From NCBI GenBank assembly GCA_002269645.1, contig NIVC01003560.1, positions 1-64,000 of the forward strand: 64,000 nucleotides of DNA, in the 5' to 3' direction. Source of the stretch: Macrostomum lignano (Eukaryota). The stretch's first letter is position 1, and each line of letters opens with the position of its first letter. The notes under the pieces are model-generated. The model did not search any database. It saw only the letters and a program-made list of their open reading frames with translations, and was not told the origin of the DNA. This document shows, piece by piece, positions 11,013-23,672 of the stretch. A program made the position numbers and the translations under genes.

Positions 11013-14000
11013 ATGGTAAGTTATTTAATTTTTTATAAGAGAGCTACTAACTAGGTCCTAAGCAAAAAAATAAAAATAGAGAAAGTAAAGTGTAATAGTG
11101 ATACTAAGACATTTAAAGCAAACTTGAAGATGGTAAAGCAGTGATGTGTTTAGAAACAGTGAAGATTAATATGAGATCTAAAGATAAATTACCAATAGGT
11201 TTATAAAGACTAACTGCTAGCTTCCTATCTCTCAACCCCCCATCCCCAGTGGTAGCTATAGGGGTCAAGAGCGAGCTGCAGAGACTGTATGGTTTGGCTC
11301 ATCACCTGAGTATGTGCCAGCCCTGCCACTGGCTGCCCTGGACTCCAGTGTTTTTGCTGCCTGCACTGGTCCTGACGATGGACTGGCTGATGCATCACTC
11401 GCTGTCTATGATCGAAAGCCATCATTAGCTGGCAATGGTGAGTCACTGTCATGTAAGGGAGGCAACAGCCTCGAGTGTGCGCCTAAATTGATGTTCAGCA
11501 TGCCAAAATTGCCCTATTGACTTACCATAATGGTGCCAAAACTGCCCTTACAAAAGTAGCACCAAACTTGATGTACCAAAATGGCGCCAAAACTGACCTT
11601 ACCGAAATGACGCCAAAAATGACCTACCAAAATGGCGCCAAAGTTGACGTATCAAAAATGGCGCCAAAACTGACCTTACAAAAGTAGCACCGAAATTGAT
11701 GTACCAAAATGGCGCCAAAACTGACATTACCGAAATGTCGCCAAAGCTGACGTACCTGAATGGCGCTAAAGTTAACCCACCAAAAAGGTGGCAAAAAGAC
11801 CTTACCAAATTGGCGCCAAAAATGACCTACCAAAATGGCGCCAAAACTGACCTACCAAATTGGCGCCAAAACTGACCTTACCAAAATGGCGCCAAAACTG
11901 ACCTTACCAAAATGGCGCCAGAGCTGACCTTACCAAAGTGGCGCCAAAACTGACCTACCAAAATGGCGCCAAAACTGACCTACCAAAATGGCGCCAAAAC
12001 TGATCTACCAAATTGGCGCCAAAACTGACCTTACAAAACTGGCGATTCAAGACTGTTAAGTTACTCTTAATTGATTACTCTGGAGGATGTTGTTGAATTT
12101 GTACGGCATCAAAATTTACTGACCATTTTGTTATTTTAAAACCTCTCTCAGGCCTGCAGTCAACTAAAGTCCCGGGTTCGATCGCCACAGATGCGGAATT
12201 TTGGCGTCAAACGTCCCGAAAAGCGTTCGGCTCGGCCATCAGTTTGTACGACACCAGCCCCGTCACCAAAAGGGTGTCAGGTGACCCAATCGCAGACTGT
12301 TTTGGACTGGTTGCTAGGGGCAACTCGGCTGTCCTGGCCGTGGCTGATGGAGTGAACTGGGGCGAGAAAAGTCGCCTGGCTGCCAGGGCGGCTGTGAGAG
12401 CCGGTCTGATGCACGCTAACAGGTTGGTGAATGGCGTGAATGATGCTTCATTTAGTTTGTGAATGGCGTGAATGATGCTTCATTTAGTTTGTGAATGGCG
12501 TGAATGATGCTTCATTTAGTTTGTGAATGGCGTGAATGATGCTTCATTTAGTTTGTGAATGGCGTGAATGATGCTTCATTTAGTTTGTGAAAGGCGTGAA
12601 TGATGCTTCATTTAGTTTGTGAATGGCGTGAATGATGCTTCATTTAGTTTGTGAATGGCGTGAATGATGCTTCATTTAGTTTGTGAATGGCGTGAATGAT
12701 GCTTCATTTAGTTTGTGAATGGCGTGAATGATGCTTCATTTAGTTTTTGAATGGCGTGAATAATGCTTCATTTATTTTGTGAATGGCGTGAATGATGCTT
12801 CATTTAGTTCTTGAATGGCGTGAATGATGCTTCATTTAGTTTTTGAATGGCGTGAATAATGCTTCATTTAGTTTGTGAATGGCGTGAATGATGCTTCATT
12901 TAGTTTTTGAATGGCGTGAATAATGCTTCATTTAGTTTGTGAATGGCGTGAATGATGCTTCATTTAGTTTTTGAATGGCGTGAATAATGCTTCATTTATT
13001 TGGTGAATGGCGTGAATGATGCTTCATTTAGTTTTTGAATGGCGTGAATAGTTTGTGAATGGAGTGAATGATGCTACATTTAGTTTGTGAATGGCGTGAA
13101 CAATGATTAGGCCTAATCAATTTTTTCAATGATGTGAATGATGCGTAATTAAGTTTGCAAATGTCGTGAATGTTGTTTGATAAGTTAGTGAATGACGAAT
13201 AAAGCTTATTTAAGTTTGTGAACGGCATGAATGATGCTTACCTAAGTTTTTTAATATCGTGAATAATTTTTCGTTGCGTTAAGTGAATAGGCGTGAGTGA
13301 TGCTTCATTTAGCTGATGAATAGCGTGAATGATGCTCTTAAACAGGGTCAGTGAATGGCGCGAAGGATGCTTAAATTCAAGTGTTGTTTAATTTAGTGCA
13401 TGCTTAACCCGCGTTTGTGAATGGCGTGAGTTGTTCTTTTAAAAAAACATCAGATTTAGGGTTAAACTTAATTAATTCTAGAATGTAGATTAGTGAGTAG
13501 GCACTAGCGTGAATTGATTGAATCATCCATCTCCCCTCTGGCAGCTACGCCGCCCTCCCTGACGCCCTGCCGGACACGCGCAAAAGTCTCAGCGTCCTGC
13601 TCGAGTCCTTCACCGCCGCTCACTCGGCCATCCTGCGCGCCCAAGGCGGCCTGACCACCCTGTGCATCGCCGCCGCCCTGCCGCTGGCCCGGCCGCCCCA
13701 GTTCGCCGTCTGCTGCGTAAATCTTGGCGACACATTCGCCTACGTGTGGTCGAAATCGCGCGGACTTCGCGAACTCACCGTCGGCTCGCACGATGTCTGG
13801 TCGGCGCGCGACTTGCGCGACGCCGGCGGCGCTTTGGGACCGGCGCGCGAAGGCTCCCAACCGGAGCTGCACAACTTGACCTGCTCGCTAACCGTCTGCG
13901 ACCCCGGCGACCTGCTGTTCCTGGCCACTGACGGCGTCACGGACAATTTTGATCCTGTTGTGCAGCGCATCGCCGTGCCGGACCCTTCCCCGATTGCCGA

Positions 14001-16430
14001 TCAGTCTTCAGCGGCGTCGGCAAGTGCATCAACTCCGACGGACAAGCCGGAGCTGCGGCCAGCCGAGCGGCACCAATACGCTTTGAAGCAGATGGAGCGG
14101 GTCCTGCTGGAACACGAACTGGCCACCGGGGAGATGCCGTCGGCTAGAGAGCTCTGCGACTGCCTATTAGCCTGCGTGAAGACCGTCACTCAGGTGATTT
14201 TTGAGTCAAGGTCATTTTCATAAGCTAGTGGCAGCTATAGTAGCTCAAAAAGAATGGCAAACGCGCCTGACTCTCGCGTCACGAGTCCCTGGCTTGATTC
14301 CGTGCGCGGCCAACCTTCATTTGGGGCTTGTGTGCACGACATGATGTCTATTTATAGAACACAAGCCCTTGCAATGATGTCCTCACTTGAGCCTTATGCG
14401 AGGCTTGCAATGTACATTGTTTCTATTTATAGAACACAAGTTGAAAGGCCTGCTCTCTCTTGAGCCTATACGAGGCTTGCAATGTACATTGTTTCTATTT
14501 ATAGAACACAAGTTGCAAGGCCTGTTCTCTCTTGAGCCCATACGAGGCTTGCAATGTACATTGTTTCTGTTTATAGAACACAAACCCAAGCAAGGCCTTG
14601 GCCTCCCTTGAGCCTATACGAGGCTTGCAATGTACATTGTTTCTATTTATAGAACAGAAACTGCAAGGCCTGTTCTCTCTTGAGCCTTATGCGAGGCTTG
14701 CAATTGCAATGTACATTGTTTCTATTTATAGAACACAAAGTTGCAAGGCCTGTTCTCTCTTGAGCCCATACGAGTTGCAATGTACATTGTTTCTATTTAT
14801 AGAACAGAAACTGCAAGGCCTATTCTCTCTTGAGCCTTATGCGAGGCTTGCAATTGCAATGTACATTGTTTCTATTTATAGAACACAAAGTTGCAAGGCC
14901 TGTTCTCTCTTGAGCCCATACGAGTTGCAATGTACATTGTTTCTATTTATAGAACACAAACCCATGCAAGGCCTTGACCTCTCTTGAGCTTATACGAGGC
15001 TTGCAATGTACATTGTTTCTATTTATAGAACAGAAACTAGCAATCTTCGCCCCCCGATGGGGGACATCTGGATAGAATCTCTGTTCTCTACAAGTAACAA
15101 CAAAGAAAGAAAACAAACTGCTCAAATAAAGTGCAATGCAAAAAGAAATCATCCCAAGACAGCAAGCATCCCCCAGATAGCAAGCACCCCCCAGATAGCA
15201 AGCACCCCCCCAGATAGCAAGCCCCCCCCCCCCCCCAGATAGCAAGCATCCCCCAGACAATAAGTAGCTAGTGCGATAATTTCCTTAGCTTTATAGTGGC
15301 TCCTTTAAAATTGGCATGACGCTTACTTTTACGTTTGAAATTGTGTATCTTTTATGTTTGACATGGTGGCTCTTTTATGTTCTAAATGGTAGCTCTTTTA
15401 TGTTTGATATGCTGGCTTTTGAATGTCTGACAGGGCTCTACTATGTTTGACATAGTGGCTCTTTAATTTTTGAAATAGTGGCTCTTTTATGTTTGACATG
15501 GTGGCTCTTTAATGTTCGAAATGGTGGCTCTTTAATGTTCGAAATGGTGGCTCTTTTATGTTTGACATGGTGGCTCTATAATGTTTGACATAAAGTCACT
15601 TATATGTTTGACATAAAGTCACTTTCATGTTTGACATAGTGGCTCTGTAATGTTCGACATGGTGGCTCTTTAATGTTTGACATGGCGGCTCTTTAATGTT
15701 TGACATGGAATCACATATATGTTTGACATGATGGCTCTTTAATGTTTGACATGGTGGCTCTTTTAGCTTTGACATGGTGGCTCTTTTATGTTTTACATGG
15801 TGGCTCTTAAATGTTAGACATGGTGGCTCTTAAATGTTTGACATGGTGGCTCTTTAATGTTTGACATGCACCGAACATTAATCGACCATTTTCTGCAAAC
15901 ACCGGCTCTTGACATCTTAGTAGAAAACTGATAAAGCACGCATAAAAATCTTTTATTCCCAGTCCAAGCGAGATCTCCTAGAATCGCCCGAGTTGCATTT
16001 CCGCGACGATGGTAGCGTTGAAGCCACGAACAAGACATCAGCGGGTGCGGACTCCTCCTCAGGAGCAACAAAGACTGGCAGCAGTGGCAGGCGTCGAATT
16101 CCGCCCCGCGGCTGCCTTCGCCGAGCCACGGGGCTGGCGGATCAGCTCAACCGGTTGCCGGGCAAGCTGGACCACGCCTGCCTAGCCGCCTACGAAGTCG
16201 GAGTCTATCGCGGCGACCAGTTCGAGGTGTACGAGGACACCGCCGCATTCAGGCTTATTGGCGGCGTCGGCAGTGGCGCTTTCTCGGACAGCGCCGCCTC
16301 GCCTACCAGCGACTCCGGCTGCGGTGGCAGCGCCTGCAGCGGCGCTGGCGGCGGCGGAGATCGTCGGCTTGGTCCGTCGGTTGCCGCTCAAGTCGGAGTG
16401 AAGCGAGTCAACAGCTGCTCTTTCGCGTAA
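11013..16430 (+). CDS. PP2C-like domain protein (Drosophila CG9801-like); probable ATG 11013-11015, then exons 11221-11437, 12152-12422, 13545-14193, 15963-16426/16430; possible terminal exon 19747-19795
   Basis: Motifs VFAACTGPDDGL; AFGSAISLYD..SGDPIADCF..AVADGVNWGEKSRLAAR; GGLTTLC; VNLGDTFAY; LFLATDGVTDNFDP; LPGKLDHACLAAYEV. Junction phases are consistent. The ends are less certain: GC|GTAAGT at 16426 could splice in frame to tttcag|C CCA GAC.. (APDSLSDIEFADSDSD*). Confidence 0.88.
11555..12040. repeat. 24-25-bp minisatellite (AAAATGGCGCCAAAACTGACCTACC)n
   Basis: Direct reading, intronic. Confidence 0.92.
12427..13250. repeat. 32-bp minisatellite (GTGAATGGCGTGAATGATGCTTCATTTAGTTT)n
   Basis: About 20 units starting 4 nt after the donor GT at 12423; decays rightwards. 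Confidence 0.95.
14340..15035. repeat. ~72-bp minisatellite rich in internal palindromes
   Basis: Unit TGCAATGTACATTGTTTCTATTTATAGAACACAAGTTGCAAGGCCTGTTCTCTCTTGAGCCCATACGAGGCT, about 9-10 copies. Confidence 0.92.
15340..15870. repeat. ~23-bp minisatellite (TGTTTGACATGGTGGCTCTTTAA)n
   Basis: Direct reading, intronic. Confidence 0.9.
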
Positions 16431-17592
16431 GTACAAGGATGGTTGCTGCTGGTTGCTATGCGGTTGCTACCCAGTTTCTCGGTGGTAGAGTAATGCTACT
16501 CGGTTGCTAGATGCTGTTGCTACCTAGTTGCTATGCGGTTGCTACCTAGTTGCTATGCGGTTGCTACCCAGCGGCTTTGCGGCTTCTGTTTAGTTTTTAA
16601 GGTTGCTACCTAGTTGCTATGCGGTTATTACCCCGTTGCTATGCTGTTATTACCTAGTTTCTATGCTTTTACTACCAAGTGGCTAAGCAATTAAAAAACT
16701 TGCATTAGACATTATTCACTTTTCCTGCATGACCCACTGTAACATGATTATTACATACATGTAGTATATTGCTACGAGTATTGTACAGACTCAGTATGCG
16801 CTGATGATGGGAATAGATTAGATTATCCGCACTCAGCATTAGTTAGTTAGAATATTATACATACAGAGAGCTTTTATACGCCTGAACTGGCACAGAGAGA
16901 TAGGGAATCAGAGAGATGGAGTAAAACAGTGAAGCTGAGGATGCAGTGAAGACTTGCTTAGTACATCCAGAGCGGGAGGCACAATGGAAAAGCCCCCCCA
17001 TCAACTTGCAAGCCTCAGCGAGTCAAAATCGAATTTCGGAGAACTTCATTAAAGATAAAAGCGTGCAGCCTTCGAAGCAGCGGTCGGTTTGAGTGCTGCA
17101 GAAATTCTTGGCTCTTTTTTGCTTTTTTTTTCCTTCCGCGCTGAAAGTCATCGATCAAATAGAGTTGGTTCCAGAGGGGCTCCAGATCTTAGGGGGGGTT
17201 TTTAATCTCCCACATTTTCCTCATTTCACTGGTTGCCATGCAGATTAATTCCATGCCCAGATCCCGGATCTGTAGGCCTTATATGGCGAAATAAGTGCTT
17301 CCTTTTCCCCCGACTGAATTCTGCATTTATATATAAGAGGCATTTTGCCCCATATCTGTCTGGTGGAATCTCAATTAAGGTATTGACGTTGGGAATTTTT
17401 ACATGTACTTTTCAGTGGCTTAGAATCGCCTATAATAGTATATAGCTCGTATTTGGCATGAAATGAATTCGGAATTTGGCCAGACTGATGAAATAGAAAT
17501 TATTTCTGAGATATATTTAGCTTCTAGACTTCGTTTCTAGGAAAATCTTTGCAAAGGCTGACTTAACGCTACAAAAATATCCTACACCACGG

Positions 17593-18193
17593 CAGTGGCG
17601 TAGCCAGGAATTTCAATTGGGGGGCGGGTTGGCCTGGCTGGCCATGCCTTATGCCATTGCCACTTTTGGCGCCGCAGGCACTCATTTTGGCGCCGCAGGC
17701 ACTCATTTTGGCGCTGCAGGCACTCATTTTAGCGCCGCAGGCACTCATTTTAGCGCCGCAGGCACTCATTTTTGCGCTGCAGGCACTCATTTTGGCGCTG
17801 CAGGCACTCATTTTGGCGCTGCAGGCACTCATTTTGGCGCCGCAGGCACTCATTTTAGCGCCACATGCACTCATTTTGGCGCCGCAGGCACTCATTTTGG
17901 CGCCGCAGGCACTCATTTTGGCGCCGCAGGCACTCATTTTTGGCGCCGCAGGCACTCATTTTGGCGCCGCAGGCACTCATTTTGGCGCCGCATGCACTCA
18001 TTTTGGCGCCGCAGGCACTCATTTTGGCGCCGCAGGCACTCATTTTGGCGCCGCAGGCACTCATTTTGGCGCCGCATGCACTCATTTTGGCGCCGCAGGC
18101 ACTCATTTTGGCGCCGCAGGCACTCATTTTGGCGCCGCAGGCACTCATTGCCTCATGGTTTTTGGTCGCGCCCCCCCCCTGGCTACGCCACTG
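17593..18193. mobile_element. MITE carrying an internal 21-bp satellite (GGCACTCATTTTGGCGCCGCA)n
   Basis: Perfect 16-bp TIR CAGTGGCGTAGCCAGG; satellite ~17670-18150; flanks CACCACGG/CACCAGAT match only 5/8. Confidence 0.8.
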
Positions 18194-18257
18194 CACCAGA
18201 TACTAAAATAACTAGATGGGCCACTCAGGCACATATACTTAGCAAAACAGCTTTCTA

Positions 18258-18582
18258 CTTTCAGTTCAGTAGCAAGAAGAATACATAAGCTATTTTATAA
18301 AAATAAAGACAGTTAAAATGACTTTTATTTTAGAAGCCCAAACTTGAAGCTTGCAGGCGTAAACAACTTGCTAATTGGTTTCAGCAGTAATTATGTACAT
18401 TAACCACTGAAATGTACATGGCAGCTTTGGGCTGGAAAACAATAAAATTTGGGGCGGGGCGGGGGGGTAGTGTGGATAGACGCGGTTGGAGGATCTAAGC
18501 TGGGGGTGAGAGCCAATAAATGAGCCTTGGCTTTAAAAATACAATTAAAATGCTTCTGTTTAACTTACTACTGAACTGAAAG
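18258..18582. mobile_element. Tc1/mariner-type MITE
   Basis: 19-bp TIR CTTTCAGTTCAGTAG(C/T)AAG (one mismatch), flanked by TA on both sides. Confidence 0.6.
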
Positions 18583-18959
18583 TAGACTGACCTGCAGAAG
18601 TTGCAGGTCTGAGGACTCCTATGTTTACACATTAACTCAAATTTGACAATTGTTAGAAGTCTTGAAATACCAGGAATCCCAAAAATTATTGATAAACTGT
18701 GTCTGTCACTAAAAAGTACAGTGAGATCAGTAAGTCCCGGTTGTCTGCATGACTTACTGAATAATGCATTGAGGCTTAGGCATCAATATATTAATGCAAT
18801 TAGTGATTTTGCGCAGTTATACTTTACTCATGATCTGATACACTGATGAGGGAGTACAGGGCGCCGATAAATTCAATATTGGAGCTTTAAGCTCCCAATT
18901 TTAGTATATGGAAGGTGCTGAGAGTAATGCATTGGTAAATATGCGGCAAGTTGGATAAA

Positions 18960-19570
18960 AAAAGCGCCAAAAACAGACGTACGAGGTGCCAAAATCGTAA
19001 AAAGGTGCCAAAATAAAAATTAAAAAAGGCGCCAAAATCAGTTGTGATGAGGCGCCACGATCAGTTGTGATGAGGCGCCAAAGTCAGTTGTGACGAGGCG
19101 CCAAGATCAGTTGTGATTAGGCGCCAAAATCGGTTTTGATAAGGCGCCAAAATCAGATTTGATAAGGCGCCAAAATCAGATATGATGAGGCGCCAAAATC
19201 AGATATACTGAGGCGCCAAAATCAGTTGTGACGAGGCGCCAAGATCAGTTGTGATGAGGCGTCAAGATCAGTTGTGATGAGGCGCCAAAATCGGTTGTAA
19301 CGAGGCGCCAAAATCTGTTGTGATAAGGCGCTAAAATCAGTTATGATGATGCGTCAAAAGGAGTTATAATTAGGCGCCACAGTCAGATATGATGAGGCGC
19401 CAAAATCAGATATGATAAGGCGCCAAAATCAGCTATGATGAGGCGCCAAAATCAGTTATGATGATGCGCCAAAATCAGTTTTGATGATGCGCCAAATTAA
19501 ACTATGATGATGCGCCAAAATCAGTTATGATGAGGCGCCAAAACAATATGATGAGGCGCTAAAATCAGTT
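18960..19570. repeat. ~23-bp minisatellite (GGCGCCAAAATCAGTTGTGATGA)n
   Basis: Direct reading. Confidence 0.92.
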
Positions 19571-20239
19571 GTCATAAACATGCAATTACACAGAACAATC
19601 ACCTCTATTTGTCCTAATGTTGATAAAATCAAGAAGAGTATGTCTCTGCAGATCAGTCACACAATTTAATTCAAGAGCTCGACCCATCAATCATAATAAA
19701 TAAATAATAATCATGTCTGTACCAATAATCCCAATTTCAATTTCAGCCCAGACTCCCTGTCCGACATTGAGTTCGCCGACTCAGACTCAGACTGATGAAT
19801 CGCGGTTACTACTCAAAAAGCTAATATAACCTGACGTTCACAATTCCATTGTCTAGAGCCTATTAATTATGATGGATTAAGTTATGATTTATTGCTTTTC
19901 TATATTTTGTCGCGCTTTTTAATAATGTGTTTTTTATTTACCATATCTAGTCACACGCATGATAACCGGCTTCAATGTTGTTAGCAAAGCTTGTAAATCC
20001 AATTTTTTAATTTTTACCTTCAACTTCATTCTTGATTAACCAATGCACTTTTAATGAGTGTTGATTCTGTTTACCTGAGCTTATTTTTCATACAGCTGAA
20101 CTTTTTGGTCTTTTTGTTGTTTAAATTTTATAATTAATTTCTCTGGTCTTTTATTGCCGAGCCTTGCGTTGTCGAAATATTAATCTGCTGACTGCATATT
20201 AACGTTAATATTTTTCCTATTGTAGTGTCTGAATATATA

Positions 20240-20337
20240 TCTGCCTGTCTATCTGCCTGTCTGTCTGTCTGTCTGTCTTTCTGTCTATCTGTATGTCTAT
20301 CTGCCTGTCTGTCTGTCTGTCTGTCTGTCTGTCTTAG

Positions 20338-20370
<33 letters not shown>

Positions 20371-20421
20371 GCCTGCCTGCCTGTCTGTCTGTCTGTCTGT
20401 CTATCTGTCTGCCTGCCTGCC

Positions 20422-20486
<65 letters not shown>

Positions 20487-20569
20487 GTCAGTCTGCCTGT
20501 CTATCTGTCTGTCTGCCTGTCTGTCTATCTGTCTGCCTGCCTGCCTGCCTGTCTGTCTGTCTGTCTGCC

Positions 20570-20640
<71 letters not shown>

Positions 20641-20667
20641 GTCTATCTGTCTGCCTGCCTGCCTGCC

Positions 20668-20732
<65 letters not shown>

Positions 20733-20855
20733 GTCTGTCTATCTGTTTGTATATCTGTCTGTCTATCTGCCTGCATGTCTGTCTGTCTGTCTGTCTATCT
20801 GTCTGTCTATCTGCCTGCCTGTCTGTCTGTCTGTCTGTCTGTCTATCTGCCTGCC

Positions 20856-20896
<41 letters not shown>

Positions 20897-20907
20897 GTCT
20901 GCCTGCC

Positions 20908-20944
<37 letters not shown>

Positions 20945-20959
20945 GTCTGCCTGCCTGCC

Positions 20960-20996
<37 letters not shown>

Positions 20997-21031
20997 GTCA
21001 GTCTGACTGTCTGTCTGTCTGTCTATCTGCC

Positions 21032-21069
<38 letters not shown>

Positions 21070-21187
21070 CCTGCCTGTCTGCCTGTCTGTCTGTCTGTCT
21101 GTCTGTCTGTCCATCTGCCTGTCTGTCTGTCTGTCTGCCTGTCTGTCTGTCTGTCTGTCTATCTGCCTGTCTATCTGCCTGTCTGCC

Positions 21188-21236
<49 letters not shown>

Positions 21237-21311
21237 GTCTGTCTGTCTGTCTGTCTGTCTGCCTGTCTGTCTGTCTGTCTGTCTATCTGCCTGTCTATCT
21301 GCCTGTCTGCC

Positions 21312-21348
<37 letters not shown>

Positions 21349-21357
21349 GTCTGTCTA
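20240..21357. repeat. (CTGT)n microsatellite, ~1.1 kb
   Basis: Direct reading; source of the spurious SVCL/TDRQ ORFs. Confidence 0.98.
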
Positions 21358-22449
21358 TTCATCCATCCATCTATTCAAATTTGCCTGTTTTTTTCAGGCA
21401 AACTGCAACTCTGTCCGGATGTTGTTTCCAGCTTCCCTCTGCCCCGCTTCCCAACCACCCTCTCAGCTATAGGGTAGCCCTGATGGGGGAGAATGGCGAT
21501 GGGGTCAATCTCTGCGGAAGCCGGCACGCAGGGACGCGTTGGGATGACACTGCTGCATTCCCAACTGTCGAATGCGACCCCCACTGTGTCTTTGGGAAGG
21601 GATTTTTGCAGGGATCTGACTACTGCTGCAGTTGCTACACATTTCATACTGTTTATTTTACTGGATCTTCGATTCTGTCTCTCTTTCCAGTGCAACTCTG
21701 ATCCGGTTTCTTTTGGAAGAAGAATAGATCAGACTAGTTAGTGATTTCGCTTTCAGAGTTTTCTAACACTAAAACCCCAACCAACCCACCATTTTTAACA
21801 GTGTAAAAAATTCAATTGCTTGCACCAATATCGCTACTTACACTAGTCTGCCTTGCTTATTGCGAGAATTTAGCTAAAAATGCCTTGCCTTGAGCTCCTG
21901 CCTTGAGCTTGGCTTTGCTGCTCCACTGCTTGTCGGCTTGCTGACTGATTTTCGCAATGCAAAATGTCGCTGAGTCGATTCGTAAATTTATTCTGCAGTA
22001 TTTTTTGCCCCCTATCTCTGGTCTTCGCAGTTCAATGTTTGCAGCTGAGCGCTTCTTGTTTTACCGCTTGCATGCCTTTTTTTCTCCCTCTGCGTCATAC
22101 TGCTACTGTAAGTAGAAATGCAAGAGTATATTGAACGCTTTTTATAGCGTTTTTAACGAATAATAACGACAAAGTGAAATTTTCTATTCTAACGAAGTAT
22201 TTAATGTTTTTTGCAAATTATTATCGATTAATGTTGTCTACAATGGACATGTGTACGAGTATTATCGTTCCACTTGTCAATAATTAAAGTGCAATAAAAA
22301 TAGTATGATCAATATACCAGTAGTAAGTATCAAGCTAGTCCACTCTTAAAACAGTGAATTTATTAATCGATTTACGGTGAAAAAATATATAATCATTGTT
22401 AACACTGACCTTCTTGCTGTCTGGGATTCAATGGTGACGTTTCATTTCG

Positions 22450-22890
22450 TGAACTTGTGAACTCGTAAACTTGTGAACTCATGAATTTGTGAACTCGTGA
22501 ACTTGTGAACTCGTGAACTTGTGAACTCGTGAACTTGTGAACTCGTGAACTTGTGAACTCGTGAACTTGTGAACTCGTGAACTTGTGAACTCGTGAACTT
22601 GTGAACTCGTGAACTTGTGAACTCGTAAACTTGTGAACTCGTGAACTTGTGAACTCGTGAACTTGTGAACTCGGGAACTTGTGAACTTGTGAACTCGTGA
22701 ACTTGTGAACTCGTAAACTTGTGAACTCATGAATTTGTGAACTCGTGAACTTGTGAACTTGTAAACTCGTGAACTTGTGAACTCGTGAACTTGTGAACTC
22801 GTGAACTTGTAAACTCGTGAACTTGTAAACTCGTGAACTCGTGAACTTGTGAACTTGTGAACTCGTGAACTTGTGAACTTGTGAACTCAC
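22450..22890. repeat. 8/16-bp minisatellite (GTGAACTCGTGAACTT)n
   Basis: Direct reading. Confidence 0.95.
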
Positions 22891-23364
22891 TCATTCATAT
22901 TAGCAACATACATTTTACAGAAAAGCTTACTATTTTTAAAATAACGCATTTAGTATTGTAGTTAAAAAAATCTCGTTTTTAACGCGGCAGCTCAGCGACT
23001 CCATTTGATTTAAACAGTCTTAAAATAGCTTGAAAATTCCATTCTTTCTGTCAGAGTTTATCCACGTTGTCATGACAACATGCAAAACAGTTGTCTCGCC
23101 TTCATACACTCCCAATTTGCAAAGCGACTGATGCAGATGAGTGAATGTCCTGCCTGGCTGCTGCTGTTTTCGACTTCTGTCTTGCATTTTACTGGTAATT
23201 CTGCTTTCGCTGATTCTCTTCCATGGCGTGGGGTGGTGGGCCGCGTCAGAGTGGGCGGCCTCGCTGCATTGCTAATTTTGGATCGCATTTGGCCTCTGTG
23301 TGCTTGGCTGCACTGTTTGATGCTGTAATTTCTCACTGGCTACATCTGCTTGCTTACAGTGCCG

Positions 23365-23472
23365 TGTGTCTGTCTGTGTGTCTGTCTGTGTGTCTGTCTG
23401 TGTGTCTGTCTGTCTGTCTGTCTTTCTGTGTGTCTGTCTGTGTGTCTGTCTGTGTGTCTGTCTGTGTCTGTG

Positions 23473-23543
<71 letters not shown>

Positions 23544-23602
23544 TTGTCTGTCTTTATGTGTGTCTGTCTGTCTCTGTCTGTCTGTCTGTTTGTCTGTCTT
23601 AG

Positions 23603-23635
<33 letters not shown>

Positions 23636-23672
23636 GCTTGTCTGTCTGTCTGTCTGTCTATCTGTCTGTTCT
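23365..23672. repeat. (CTGT)n microsatellite
   Basis: Direct reading. Confidence 0.95.

Noticed and set aside
12427-15035. CRISPR-like appearance of the 32-bp and 72-bp arrays
   Set aside because: Contiguous tandem units with no unique spacers, no cas genes, and located in eukaryotic introns
17569-18288. GAKMSAC / AAGTHFG repeat ORFs
   Set aside because: 21-bp satellite inside a MITE; open in several frames on both strands
20225-21701. Long 415-454 aa SVCL-repeat ORFs (also at 23223-23711, 24343-24781, 46013-46342)
   Set aside because: Translations of (CTGT)n microsatellite, which has no stop codons; no coding signature
21398-21741. Exon-like GC-richer segment after the CTGT tract
   Set aside because: No recognisable motif in any frame and no phase-consistent partner exon identified
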